From the NCBI GenBank assembly GCA_964371675.1, contig CAYJNL010000005.1:45215-109214 (forward strand): a DNA stretch of 64,000 bases, in the 5' to 3' direction. This DNA is from an uncultured Bacteroides sp. (GTDB lineage: Bacteria; Bacillota; Clostridia; Oscillospirales; Ruminococcaceae). Positions 47,649 through 57,013 of the stretch are shown here, one piece after another. A model generated the notes under the pieces. That model made no database searches, was not told the DNA's origin, and was given only the letters and a program-made list of their open reading frames with translations. The stretch's first letter is position 1. Every line of letters begins with the position of its first letter. The translations under genes were made by a program, and so were the position numbers.

Positions 47649-48335
47649 TTACCTTATAAACAGAATATCTATAAAGCCTGTTGCTGTGTATAGTAAATTT
47701 AGTATGTTATTTACAAGAAAACTAATAACAGGGTCTAGAAAGCCTGTCCAAAGTGCGGCAAAAAGTGCTATCATTATGTATCTTTCATAGCGCATTATTG
47801 CAAAATACGTTTTTGTAGGCAAGAAAATCATTGCTATTCTTGAGCCGTCAAGCGGTGGCACCGGCAACAAGTTAAATACCGCAAGCGTTATGTTGACAAG
47901 TATCATTGTTATAAATACAGTGTCTACAAACTCAATAATACCAAAGTTTTGCGAATACCCACTTGGAGAGCTTAAGCTGTAAAAATACATTAAATAAAAA
48001 TATATTTTATAAATAATAACAAAAAAGAAAGCCAAAATGATATTTGACAAAGGGCCTGCCGCCGCTGAAAGTGCCATATATCTCTTTGGGTTTTTAAAGC
48101 GGTGCTGTGCTGATATAGGCACAGGTTTTGCCCAGCCAAAACCTACAAGTATCATACAAATTGCACCGAGTAAGTCAAAGTGTACAGCAGGGTTTAATGA
48201 TAATCTACCGTGGTTTTTCGCGGTGGGGTCGCCCAATTTGTTAGACGCCCATGCGTGCGCCGCCTCATGAAAAGGTATTGCAATAAGCAGTGCAATTGCA
48301 CGTGCAACGTAAACAGCTATAAGGTGCCAGTCCAT
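47649..48335 (-). CDS. Site-2 protease family (peptidase M50) membrane protein
   Basis: HEAAHAW zinc motif and LPVPPLDGSR second motif; polytopic. Confidence 0.8.
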   Translation of the reverse strand: MDWHLIAVYVARAIALLIAIPFHEAAHAWASNKLGDPTAKNHGRLSLNPAVHFDLLGAICMILVGFGWAKPVPISAQHRFKNPKRYMALSAAAGPLSNIILAFFFVIIYKIYFYLMYFYSLSSPSGYSQNFGIIEFVDTVFITMILVNITLAVFNLLPVPPLDGSRIAMIFLPTKTYFAIMRYERYIMIALFAALWTGFLDPVISFLVNNILNLLYTATGFIDILFIR

Positions 48336-48483
48336 TAGTCCTCCGTCATGCTTGTTAATAATTTTTCTATGCTTTTAAATCAAATCCACTATAAATAGCA
48401 AATTATTCAATAAGCTATAATATTATATCACTTTAATAATTAAATTACAAGGAAAGTGAGTTACAACATTGCATTTATATAAG

Positions 48484-48536
48484 GTTTGTTTATATTTTAT
48501 TTTACGGCGGTGCTACGCACATGCAAATTTATATAA
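48484..48536 (+). repeat. Family A repeat, right-module copy A6
   Basis: tttattttACGGCGGTGCTACGCACATGCaaatttatata is identical to A5 over GGCGGTGCTACGCACATGC. The CTGTACGG left module is absent. Confidence 0.65.
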
Positions 48537-48584
48537 CTTTGTTACATCTTTATGTAAAAATATACATTAAATTACGTATATCGG

Positions 48585-48614
48585 TTGCAATAAATTGTAT
48601 TTTTATAGTATAAT
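48585..48614 (+). promoter_or_regulatory. Sigma-A type promoter candidate for the NCS2 permease gene
   Basis: TTGCAA, 18-nt spacer, TATAAT. Confidence 0.55.
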
Positions 48615-48685
48615 GTGTATGTTCGTGCTTGTTTAAAAAGAATTTTAAACAAATACAAAATATTTTTTATGAGGAGTGTGTATTT

Positions 48686-50113
48686 TTGGATAAGTATTTT
48701 CAAATTACAGAGCGTGGTTCATCAGTAAGAACCGAAATTATTGCTGGGCTTACAACTTTTTTTGCAATGGCATACATTGTTGTAACAAACCCAAACCAAG
48801 TTGTTGGTTTTAGCCATTTAGCACCCGATGCTGACCCTGCATTTGGGCAAATTTGGAACGCAGTTTATGTTGCCTCAATAATTGCGGCTGTTGTTGGCAC
48901 ATTATTAATGGCATTTTACGCAAAAATGCCATTTGCACAAGCTTGTGGCATGGGGCTTAACTCTTTCTTTTTTGTATCGTTTATTCTACCGCAAATTATT
49001 TCAGGTGGAAATGTTATTGACGGTTACAGAGCAGGTCTTGTTATTGTTTTGGTATCAGGTCTTGTATTCCTTGGGTTATCAGTATCGGGGCTTAGAGTTA
49101 AAGTTGCAAAATCTCTGCCCGATTGCTTGAAAAAAGCGATTCCGGCAGGTATTGGTCTTTTCATTGCATTTATTGGTTTTCAAAACGCGGGTATAATTCA
49201 AACAAATGAGTATGTTCTTGTTCAATTTGTTGACATTCACGGTGCTATAATTAGCGAAGAGGGCATTGTTACGGCTATGCCGGCAATTCTTGCATTACTT
49301 GGTCTTTTGTGTATAGCTGTACTTGACAAGCTAAAAATTAAAGGTGGCGTACTTATAACAATTTTTGCAATTTCAATTATTTACTATCCAATAACAGGTA
49401 CACCTATTAACTTTGACTTCAGCCAAGTTGGGCAAGCTTTCTCAGATTTTGCCAGCATTGGTGTAACGGGAGTTTTCAGTGCTCAATCATGGTCAGACGC
49501 ATTTGTAAACCCAACAATTGGCGGTGCAATAACAGCAATAATGTTAATTATTACTTTCTGCATTGTTGATATGTTTGACACAATTGGCACATTATACGGC
49601 ACAGCGGCACAAGCTGACATGCTTGATGAAAACGGCGACCCTGTTAACATCACAAAATGTATGACATGTGACTCAGTTGCAACTGTTGTGGGTGCGGCAT
49701 CAGGTACATCAACTTGTACAACCTTTGTTGAGTCTGCGGCCGGCGTTGGCGCAGGTGGTAGAACAGGTCTTTCAAGCCTTGTAACAGCAGTTTGTTTCTT
49801 TGCTTGCCTATTTTTAACACCGCTTGCATCTATTGTTCCTGCATGTGCAACAGCACCGGCACTTATTTACGTTGGCGTTTTAATGATGAGAAACTTCTCA
49901 AAAGTTGACATGCTTGACCCACGCTCGGCTGTTCCTGCATTCCTTGCACTAATTGCAATGCCACTAACATATTCTATCTCAAATGGCATTGGTATTGGTT
50001 CTATTGCTTACGTTATTATTACAGCATGCACAGGCAAATTTACTAAAAAAGACATAGTGCCAACTGTTATAGCAATTTTGTTTGTTATTAAGTTTTTAAC
50101 TGTTACTATTTAA
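48686..50113 (+). CDS. NCS2 family nucleobase permease (AzgA/PbuG-like guanine/hypoxanthine type)
   Basis: Starts (M)DKYFQITERGSSVRTEIIAGLTTFFAMAYI from a TTG 9 nt after GAGGAG. About 13 TM helices. Confidence 0.9.
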   Translation: MDKYFQITERGSSVRTEIIAGLTTFFAMAYIVVTNPNQVVGFSHLAPDADPAFGQIWNAVYVASIIAAVVGTLLMAFYAKMPFAQACGMGLNSFFFVSFILPQIISGGNVIDGYRAGLVIVLVSGLVFLGLSVSGLRVKVAKSLPDCLKKAIPAGIGLFIAFIGFQNAGIIQTNEYVLVQFVDIHGAIISEEGIVTAMPAILALLGLLCIAVLDKLKIKGGVLITIFAISIIYYPITGTPINFDFSQVGQAFSDFASIGVTGVFSAQSWSDAFVNPTIGGAITAIMLIITFCIVDMFDTIGTLYGTAAQADMLDENGDPVNITKCMTCDSVATVVGAASGTSTCTTFVESAAGVGAGGRTGLSSLVTAVCFFACLFLTPLASIVPACATAPALIYVGVLMMRNFSKVDMLDPRSAVPAFLALIAMPLTYSISNGIGIGSIAYVIITACTGKFTKKDIVPTVIAILFVIKFLTVTI

Positions 50114-50150
50114 GATTTTTAAGTAAGGTTTTAAAAACTGACTTTAAATT

Positions 50151-50198
50151 AAAAGCAACAATGGGCTGTGCTCATTGTTGCTTTTAACTTTTTATTTG
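50151..50198 (+). terminator. Rho-independent terminator of the permease gene
   Basis: AAAAGCAACAATG ggctgtgct CATTGTTGCTTTT followed by AACTTTTTATTT. Confidence 0.8.
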
Positions 50199-50255
50199 AT
50201 ATTGACACCCAAAGTTAATCCACTTAAAAAATTGTGTAAATACTGCATCAGTCCA

Positions 50256-50513
50256 TTATTTAGAATTTAGGAAAATATAAAACATTCGTATTATCATTAA
50301 TGACATGTCATCTAGTTCACCTATCCCACATTTGTTAAATAATTGATAAAGATATGTGTCATTTTTTAAAATATTATTTCTTATAAATACGCCTAAGCTA
50401 AAGTGATAATCTTGTAAATTCTTATAATTATAACTTGAAAACTTAAGCCGGTCTTTCCTCATTGTATTTTTCAATTTCCAAAATACAATAACAATTATTA
50501 CAATAAATTTCAT
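50256..50513 (-). CDS. Small membrane-anchored hypothetical protein (85 aa)
   Basis: ATG preceded by AAGGTGAT; N-terminal hydrophobic MKFIVIIVIVFW. Divergent from the XRE gene. Confidence 0.5.
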   Translation of the reverse strand: MKFIVIIVIVFWKLKNTMRKDRLKFSSYNYKNLQDYHFSLGVFIRNNILKNDTYLYQLFNKCGIGELDDMSLMIIRMFYIFLNSK

Positions 50514-50531
50514 TATATCACCTTATTTACG

Positions 50532-50592
50532 TTTATGTAACGTATTATATAACAATAATTATGCTATTGTCAAGTAAAATACGTTACATAAA
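50532..50592. promoter_or_regulatory. 15-bp perfect inverted repeat in the divergent intergenic region (candidate operator)
   Basis: TTTATGTAACGTATT (50532-50546) and AATACGTTACATAAA (50578-50592), 31 nt apart. The right arm abuts the RBS of the XRE gene. Confidence 0.6.
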
Positions 50593-50599
50593 GGTGTAA

Positions 50600-50860
50600 A
50601 TGATGAAAAAAATTCTTTATAACAACAACAAAAATGTAATATCTGAAAACTTGAGACTATCTAGGCTAAAAGCCAAGCTTACACAAGGTGAACTTGCAGC
50701 AAAAATGCAAACAATGGGTGTTTCAATAGACCAGCAAATGATTAGCAAAATTGAAAACAATACAAGATTTGTTGCAGATTATGAGCTTGCGTGTTTTTGC
50801 GTTATATTAAAGCTTGAGCCAAGTGTGTTGCTTGAGAATTTTTTTAGTGCTACTAAATAA
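50600..50860 (+). CDS. XRE family helix-turn-helix transcriptional regulator
   Basis: 86 aa with LTQGELAAKMQTMGVSIDQQMISKIENN, a typical HTH_3. Confidence 0.8.
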   Translation: MMKKILYNNNKNVISENLRLSRLKAKLTQGELAAKMQTMGVSIDQQMISKIENNTRFVADYELACFCVILKLEPSVLLENFFSATK

Positions 50861-50945
50861 AGCAATTTGTAAACTTACTTGAATGGCTACCCTTCTAAGT
50901 TTTTAACTTGTCAAGTAGGTATTAAATAAACTATTCATAAACAGG

Positions 50946-50995
50946 AAAAAAACAGGCAGAAACGAAATTAACCCTTTCGTTTCTGCCTGTTTTTT
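50946..50995. terminator. Bidirectional Rho-independent terminator
   Basis: ACAGGCAGAAACGAAA ttaaccc TTTCGTTTCTGCCTGT, flanked by an A-run and a T-run, between convergent genes. Confidence 0.85.
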
Positions 50996-51011
50996 ATATG
51001 ATTTAATTTAA

Positions 51012-52688
51012 TTATTTCTGCTCTATATAACCATTGCACTTTGCACAAAGTGCATCTAGTTTAGTTTGTGCATTTTCAATGCTGTCCCCTACTGCTGTTA
51101 CGTATAGTTTCAGCTTTGGCTCTGTGCCCGACGGGCGCACTATTACATAGCACTTATCTTCAAGCTCCATGCTCACAACGTTGCTTTTCGGCAATCCTGT
51201 GTCGTCGTTTTCATAGTCAATCATGCCGTTAATTGCTACTCCCGCAAAGTCAGCGCCTTTTAGCTTACGCACTTCGTCAATAATGCTGTTCATCTTGTCC
51301 ATGCCGCTGGCACCCTCAAACTCAAATGTCAAAAGTCCTTGTTTGTAATATCCGTACTCGTCGTACATTTCAGACAAAACTTGCAACAAAGACTTGCCTT
51401 GAAATTTATAATAAGCCGCCATCTCGCAAATAAGCATACTTGCAATTACAGCGTCTTTATCGCGCACAAAACTACCAGAGAGGTAACCATAGCTCTCCTC
51501 AAAACCAAGTAAAAAGTCTTCTTGTGCACCATTTTCTTCAAGTAGTGCAATTTGCTCGCCAATAAATTTAAAGCCTGTTAGCACATTTATAAGCTTAACA
51601 TTGTATTTTTGTGCAACTGCGTTTGCCATTTCTGTTGTAACTATTGTTTTAACAACAACAGGGTTTTTAGGCATAGTTCCATTTGCTATGCGCTGTTTGC
51701 ACAAATACTCAAGTAGCATAACACCCATTTCGTTGCCGCTAATGAGCTTTATTCCATCCTCTGTCACAAGCCCTGCACCAACGCGGTCGCAGTCGGGGTC
51801 TGTTGCAAGGAACATATCCGCGCCGCTCTCACGCGCATATTTTGCCGAGAGCCTCATAGCCTCTTCTATCTCGGGGTTTGGGTATGGGCAAGTTGTAAAA
51901 TCACCATCCGGGTTTTCTTGCTCTTTTACAATTTGCACATTTATGTTGCCAAGTTTCTCAAGTATAGCGCGCACGGGCTTGTTGCCTGCGCCGTTAAGTG
52001 GGCTGTAAACTATGTTTAGTTTTTCTGTCGGTTTTTGCACACTTAGGCTCATAACTTCGCCGTAATATTTTTCAATTAGCTCATCATCAATATATTTTAT
52101 TTTGCCACTTGTAATATACTCAGCAAAATTTGGCGTATTGTCATCAAAATCACTCTCTTTTGATATGTAGCCCGAAATCATGTCAGCCGCCTCAAGTGTT
52201 ATTTGGCAGCCGTCATTGCCGTAAACTTTGTAGCCATTATATTTTGCAGGGTTGTGGCTTGCTGTTATAACTATACCACCATCGCATTTTAGCTGTCTCA
52301 CAGCATATGAAAGCATTGGTGTTGGCATAAGCTCTTTGTAAATATGTACACTTACGCCCATGCTTGCAAGTGTTGCCGCCACAATTTCAGCAAAAACATC
52401 ACTTTTATTTCGGCTATCATATGCAATTGCACAGCTTGGGTTTTTAAATGTATCTGTTAGGTACTTGCCAAGCCCTTTTGTGGCTTTTGCAACTGTGTAC
52501 ACGTTCATTTTATTTGTACCTGCGCCAATTACACCGCGCAAACCACCTGTGCCGAAAGACAAATCTTTGTAAAAAGCATCTTCAATAGCTGTCTCGTCAT
52601 TTTTAATTGACAAAAGCTCAGATGAAAGTTCTTTGTTTTCACTTGCCCTTTCAATCCAAATCTCGTATTTTTTCATGTAATCTTTCAT
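51012..52688 (-). CDS. Phosphoglucomutase/phosphomannomutase (alpha-D-phosphohexomutase family)
   Basis: 558 aa with active-site TASHNPAKYNGYK and metal-binding DPDCDR. Confidence 0.92.
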   Translation of the reverse strand: MKDYMKKYEIWIERASENKELSSELLSIKNDETAIEDAFYKDLSFGTGGLRGVIGAGTNKMNVYTVAKATKGLGKYLTDTFKNPSCAIAYDSRNKSDVFAEIVAATLASMGVSVHIYKELMPTPMLSYAVRQLKCDGGIVITASHNPAKYNGYKVYGNDGCQITLEAADMISGYISKESDFDDNTPNFAEYITSGKIKYIDDELIEKYYGEVMSLSVQKPTEKLNIVYSPLNGAGNKPVRAILEKLGNINVQIVKEQENPDGDFTTCPYPNPEIEEAMRLSAKYARESGADMFLATDPDCDRVGAGLVTEDGIKLISGNEMGVMLLEYLCKQRIANGTMPKNPVVVKTIVTTEMANAVAQKYNVKLINVLTGFKFIGEQIALLEENGAQEDFLLGFEESYGYLSGSFVRDKDAVIASMLICEMAAYYKFQGKSLLQVLSEMYDEYGYYKQGLLTFEFEGASGMDKMNSIIDEVRKLKGADFAGVAINGMIDYENDDTGLPKSNVVSMELEDKCYVIVRPSGTEPKLKLYVTAVGDSIENAQTKLDALCAKCNGYIEQK

Positions 52689-52748
52689 AAATAAATTTTC
52701 CCTTTCACTTATGTAATATTTAACTTGGTTTTTATTTTTAATTCCAAA

Positions 52749-52792
52749 GCTTAGTTACATGTAAAGTCTAAACACTTTACATGTAACTAAGC
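52749..52792 (-). terminator. Perfect 19-bp hairpin terminator after the lipoprotein gene
   Basis: GCTTAGTTACATGTAAAGT ctaaac ACTTTACATGTAACTAAGC, then TTTGGAATT on the minus strand. Confidence 0.75.
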
Positions 52793-52819
52793 ATCCATAA
52801 AAATGTGTTACTTGGTTAT

Positions 52820-53590
52820 TTATATTCTCAATGACAATGTGTTAAAATGAGAGTCTGCATCAGCAATTAAAGCTATACTCAAAACATATTCTTCACCAAC
52901 TTGCTCAAATTCAAGCTCTAGCTTTTTATCTCCCACTACGTAAGTTACGTATGGTACTGAAAAATCCAAAACTTCATCCGGCACGCTGAATTGCAAATCA
53001 GGGAAATCTGCAAAATTTGCTTTAAGCATGTTATATGTAACTTCTGCATCAGTGTTAAAAAGTGTGTAAGATGCAGCTCCTGTGAGCGCCATCATACTTA
53101 CCTCGTAATTATCGGGCCATATGTTTTCTGTTGCCTCAAGCCCACCGGCATTGCTCATAACGTCAAACATATCGTCTTGACCTTCCAAAAACAGCGTCAT
53201 ATAGTCGCCCATACCGGATAAATCGTACGCCACCGATGGTGTGCCACCCCAATAAATTGTTATAAAGGCATCGCCATAATCGCTACCGATAACTTGTTTA
53301 AAATCACCGTTTGTGGCATCAAGTGTAGCTATTAAGTCATGAAAAACAACAAGCTCCGGCGCATCTGATCCACTTTCTTGCGTGGTGTCTTGGGTTTCTT
53401 CTGCTATGTTTTCTTCGCTGTTTTCGGGCGTGGTTACCGCCTGCTCTTCGCTTTCTTGCTCCACAGTTTCTGTGCTCTGTGCAACATCTACCTCACTTTG
53501 AACATCAGTAGTAGCGGTTTGTGTGAAACTACAACTTGTAAAAGAAAAAATAATTGCTATAACGAATAGAATTGATATAAACTTTTTCAT
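52820..53590 (-). CDS. Lipoprotein, acidic, function unknown
   Basis: Start moved to MKKFISILFVIAIIFSFTSC (lipobox FTSC; AAAGGAC RBS). The track start would overlap the ABC-F gene. Confidence 0.75.
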   Translation of the reverse strand: MKKFISILFVIAIIFSFTSCSFTQTATTDVQSEVDVAQSTETVEQESEEQAVTTPENSEENIAEETQDTTQESGSDAPELVVFHDLIATLDATNGDFKQVIGSDYGDAFITIYWGGTPSVAYDLSGMGDYMTLFLEGQDDMFDVMSNAGGLEATENIWPDNYEVSMMALTGAASYTLFNTDAEVTYNMLKANFADFPDLQFSVPDEVLDFSVPYVTYVVGDKKLELEFEQVGEEYVLSIALIADADSHFNTLSLRI

Positions 53591-53612
53591 AACTTTGTCC
53601 TTTCTCGCGTGG

Positions 53613-55502
53613 TTACAGCTGTTCTTGCTCCTCAACAGCGCTTTCCCACTCTTCAAAAACTTTGTGTGATTTCTCACGCTTTTGCTCAAGTTCTGTGCAA
53701 ATTTCATTGAGTTTTACATGGTCTTTTGCCGTTTCGGGGTTATTAAGCTCATTTTCTAGTACGCTGATATCGTAATCCAGGTCTTGCATTTCCTCTTCAA
53801 GCTTTTTAATAAGCACCCTTAAATCAGCCTTGCGCTTGCGCTGTTCTTTGCCATATGCTTGCTTTGTCTCTCTTTGCTCTCCTGTGTTTTCTTGCTGTGT
53901 TACAAGGTTTGTATTATTGTACAAATCACGTTTCATTAAATGCTCATAGCTGTTGTAATATGCTGTGTTTTCACCGTCAATATACAGTATTTTACATTGT
54001 AAGCTGTTCATTAAGTACCTGTCGTGCGTTACAACAATAAGTGTACCTTCATACTCACAAAGAGCCGCGTTGAGCGATTCTCTCGTAAAAATATCAAGGT
54101 GGTTTGTCGGCTCATCCATGAAGATTACATTTGCGTTTTCAAGCAATATCTCTGCAAATCTAAGGCGAGCAAGCTCTCCACCCGAGAGCTCCGAGCACGA
54201 TTTAAACACGTCCTCGCCTTTAAAGTTAAGTTTTGCCAAATGATTTCGCACTTCAAGCTGTGTAAAACTTGGGTACTTGCTCCATATTGCGTTAATTACA
54301 GTATCTGCGCGGCGCAGTTGTTGCTGTTCAAATATAGAAATTTTAGTGTCTTTACCAACTTTTACAATGCCTGAAGTGGGCTTTAGTTTGCCGTCAAGTA
54401 CGCGCAAAAGTGTACTCTTACCTGCACCGTTAGGCCCTGCAATTACAAGGCACTCTCCCCTTTTAACGTCTACATTAAGCTCTTTTACAAGGCTTTTACC
54501 ACCTATATCTACACACAAGTTTTTTGCCGTTAAAACGTCTTTATATGGCTCTATACTAAAATCAAAAGTAAACTTTAAATTGTTTTTAGCCGTGTGTACT
54601 TTTTGCTGGGGCTGCATTTTTTCAAGCTGTTTTCTTCTGCTCTGCGCCATTTTTGTTGTGCTTGCACGCACAATATTTTTTGCTATGTACTCCTCAAGCT
54701 TTGCCGCTTTTTGTGCATCTTCCTCGTACTGCTTTTGCAAATTTTTAACTATATGCTCTTTTTGCACTGTGTAGGCTGAGTAATTCCCTTTAAACACATT
54801 CATTTTGTTGTCTTCAACTTCAAAAATCCTGTTGCATACTGTATCTAGAAAATACCTGTCATGGCTTATTACAAGTATAGCACCCTCATATGCTTTAAGG
54901 TAATTTTCAAGCCACTCCATAGCTTCAAAGTCAAGGTGGTTTGTAGGCTCATCTAAAAATAAAATGTCCGGCTTTTGTAGTAAAAGCTTTGCAAGGCAGA
55001 GACGTGTGTACTCTCCACCCGATAAAACACTTACGTTTTTATCATACTCAAGCGGAGAAAATGCCATACCGCTCAAAACTTTTTTAATCTGCGTATCTAT
55101 ATTGTATAAATCGGCGGCATAAATAATTGAGGTTAACTCATCATGTTTATGCAGGAGCTCCTCGCTATGCGGCTCTTTCGCTAGCTGTTTGTTTATTTCT
55201 TTAAGCTCTTTTTCCGCTTGCAGTTCCTTTGCATAAACACTTTTCATCTCGTCATAAACAGTAAATTGTGGGTTTAACACACTATTTTGCTCAAGGTAAC
55301 CTGTAAAGGTGCCTTTTGCAAAAACAATTTCACCACTATCAGGCAATAAATTACCTGTAAGCAGTTTTATCAGTGTGGTTTTGCCTGCACCATTTTCACC
55401 TATAATGCCTACTCTGTCTTGTTTATCTACAACGGCGCTGACATTACTTAAAATAACGTCAGCACCAAAACTTTTTTTAATATTTTGTATTGTTAAAAGC
55501 AT
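53613..55502 (-). CDS. ABC-F family ATPase (translation/ribosome-associated type)
   Basis: Two ABC cassettes (GENGAGKTT and GPNGAGKST Walker A; two LSGGE signatures), an inter-domain linker, a coiled-coil C-terminal tail and no TM domain. Confidence 0.92.
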   Translation of the reverse strand: MLLTIQNIKKSFGADVILSNVSAVVDKQDRVGIIGENGAGKTTLIKLLTGNLLPDSGEIVFAKGTFTGYLEQNSVLNPQFTVYDEMKSVYAKELQAEKELKEINKQLAKEPHSEELLHKHDELTSIIYAADLYNIDTQIKKVLSGMAFSPLEYDKNVSVLSGGEYTRLCLAKLLLQKPDILFLDEPTNHLDFEAMEWLENYLKAYEGAILVISHDRYFLDTVCNRIFEVEDNKMNVFKGNYSAYTVQKEHIVKNLQKQYEEDAQKAAKLEEYIAKNIVRASTTKMAQSRRKQLEKMQPQQKVHTAKNNLKFTFDFSIEPYKDVLTAKNLCVDIGGKSLVKELNVDVKRGECLVIAGPNGAGKSTLLRVLDGKLKPTSGIVKVGKDTKISIFEQQQLRRADTVINAIWSKYPSFTQLEVRNHLAKLNFKGEDVFKSCSELSGGELARLRFAEILLENANVIFMDEPTNHLDIFTRESLNAALCEYEGTLIVVTHDRYLMNSLQCKILYIDGENTAYYNSYEHLMKRDLYNNTNLVTQQENTGEQRETKQAYGKEQRKRKADLRVLIKKLEEEMQDLDYDISVLENELNNPETAKDHVKLNEICTELEQKREKSHKVFEEWESAVEEQEQL

Positions 55503-55505
55503 GTT

Positions 55506-55622
55506 TTACTTACCAAACACCTTATTCAGCGCTGTTATAATGAGGCTTATTGCACCCATTACAATAAAAATACCTGCCATGCCCATTGCCATTATTTCAA
55601 GGGAAAACATAACTTGATCCAT
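55506..55622 (-). CDS. 38-aa OadG-like small membrane subunit (not in the ORF track)
   Basis: Hand translation gives MDQVMFSLEIMAMGMAGIFIVMGAISLIITALNKVFGK, ending in TAA. It lies 59 nt downstream of the decarboxylase beta-subunit gene and its stop is 3 nt before the ABC-F start. The single TM with GMAGIF resembles the gamma-subunit N-terminus. Confidence 0.5.
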   Translation of the reverse strand: MDQVMFSLEIMAMGMAGIFIVMGAISLIITALNKVFGK

Positions 55623-55681
55623 TTATGTTACCATTCCTTTCTTCTGCTTATATGCTACTATTTCTACTCTCAGCATTACGC

Positions 55682-56857
55682 TTACAATGGTACGAAACTT
55701 AATATCATACCGCCTGCAATAACACTTGCAATTTGCCCACCAACGTTTACACCTGCAGCGTGCATTAACAAGAAGTTTTGAGGATCTTCTTTAAGCCCCA
55801 TTTTGTGTATTACACGGCTACTCATTGGAAATGCTGAAATACCACAAGCGCCTATCATTGGGTTAATTTTTTTCTTAGAAAATACGTTAATTAGCTTTGC
55901 AAAAAGCACGCCTGCCGCTGTGTCAAACACAAATGCAACAAGACCCAGTGCCATAATTAGAATTGTGCGCCAGTCAAGGAACTGCTCGTAGTGCATTTTT
56001 GTTGCAACAGTAATGCCAAGCACAATTGTTACAAGGTTTGCAAGTGTGTTTTGTGCTGTTTCTGAAAGGCTATTAAGCACACCGCACTCACGAAGTAAGT
56101 TGCCGAACATTAAAAAGCCTATTAAAGAAACGCTCTTAGGTGCAACAATACCTGCAACCACAGTTACAACTATTGGGAAAAGTATGCGCACTGCCGGGCT
56201 AATTTTCTTTTCAACATAATCCATTTTAATTTTGCGCTCGCTTTTTGATGTAAGCGCGCGAATAACAGGTGGCTGAATAATTGGCACAAGAGCCATGTAG
56301 CTGTAAGCCGCAACAAGAATAGCACCTTGATATTGCGTACCATAGTAGTTAGCTACAAAAATTGATGTAGGACCATCTGCTGAACCAATAATACCAATAC
56401 TTGCGGCATCTTGCAAACTAAATGTGCCCGGCATTAATGTGTTTAGCCCACTTGCCATAAATAATGTAAAGAAAATACCAAACTGCGCCGCCGCACCAAA
56501 TAATAAAAGTTTTGGGTTTGACAGTAGCGGGCCAAAGTCAATCATTGCACCTATACCTATGAATAAAAGAAGTGGGAATAGCTCGTTTGCTATACCTGCG
56601 CTGAATAAAACATCAAGCACACCTTCTTCTACGCCTGTTTCGGTTGTTTGTGTTATTGCGCCCGACATTGGCAAGTTTACAAGTATTGCACCAAAACCCA
56701 TGGGCAAAAGAAGTGTAGGTTCCATGTCTTTTTTTATGGCTAGGTAAATTAAACCACCGCCAATAATCCACATTGCAAGCATACCAACGATATCAAATAG
56801 CCCCATATTTGCAAATGAACCAAAAAATGAATTTACAAAGCTGCTTATTAATTCCAT
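55682..56857 (-). CDS. Sodium ion-translocating decarboxylase beta subunit (OadB/GcdB/MmdB family)
   Basis: 391 aa, polytopic, with the EPTLLLPMGFGAILVNLP motif typical of the family. Confidence 0.9.
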   Translation of the reverse strand: MELISSFVNSFFGSFANMGLFDIVGMLAMWIIGGGLIYLAIKKDMEPTLLLPMGFGAILVNLPMSGAITQTTETGVEEGVLDVLFSAGIANELFPLLLFIGIGAMIDFGPLLSNPKLLLFGAAAQFGIFFTLFMASGLNTLMPGTFSLQDAASIGIIGSADGPTSIFVANYYGTQYQGAILVAAYSYMALVPIIQPPVIRALTSKSERKIKMDYVEKKISPAVRILFPIVVTVVAGIVAPKSVSLIGFLMFGNLLRECGVLNSLSETAQNTLANLVTIVLGITVATKMHYEQFLDWRTILIMALGLVAFVFDTAAGVLFAKLINVFSKKKINPMIGACGISAFPMSSRVIHKMGLKEDPQNFLLMHAAGVNVGGQIASVIAGGMILSFVPL

Positions 56858-57013
56858 TAATTTCTCCGTTCTTCCGCTATAAAAATTTTAAAATATGTTA
56901 TTTTAGGTAAGCGGCAACCTAAGATACAGCACTTTACCATACTTGTAAATACACAAAGGCATCTACAAGCACACTAATAGCACCAATTTATTATAAGCTT
57001 TATTAGATAATGT

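Noticed and set aside
48336-48685. Purine riboswitch upstream of the nucleobase permease
   Set aside because: The leader after the TTGCAA-18-TATAAT promoter is only about 65 nt. It lacks the conserved TATGG...CTACCG...CCGTAAAT-type junction sequences of guanine/adenine riboswitches.
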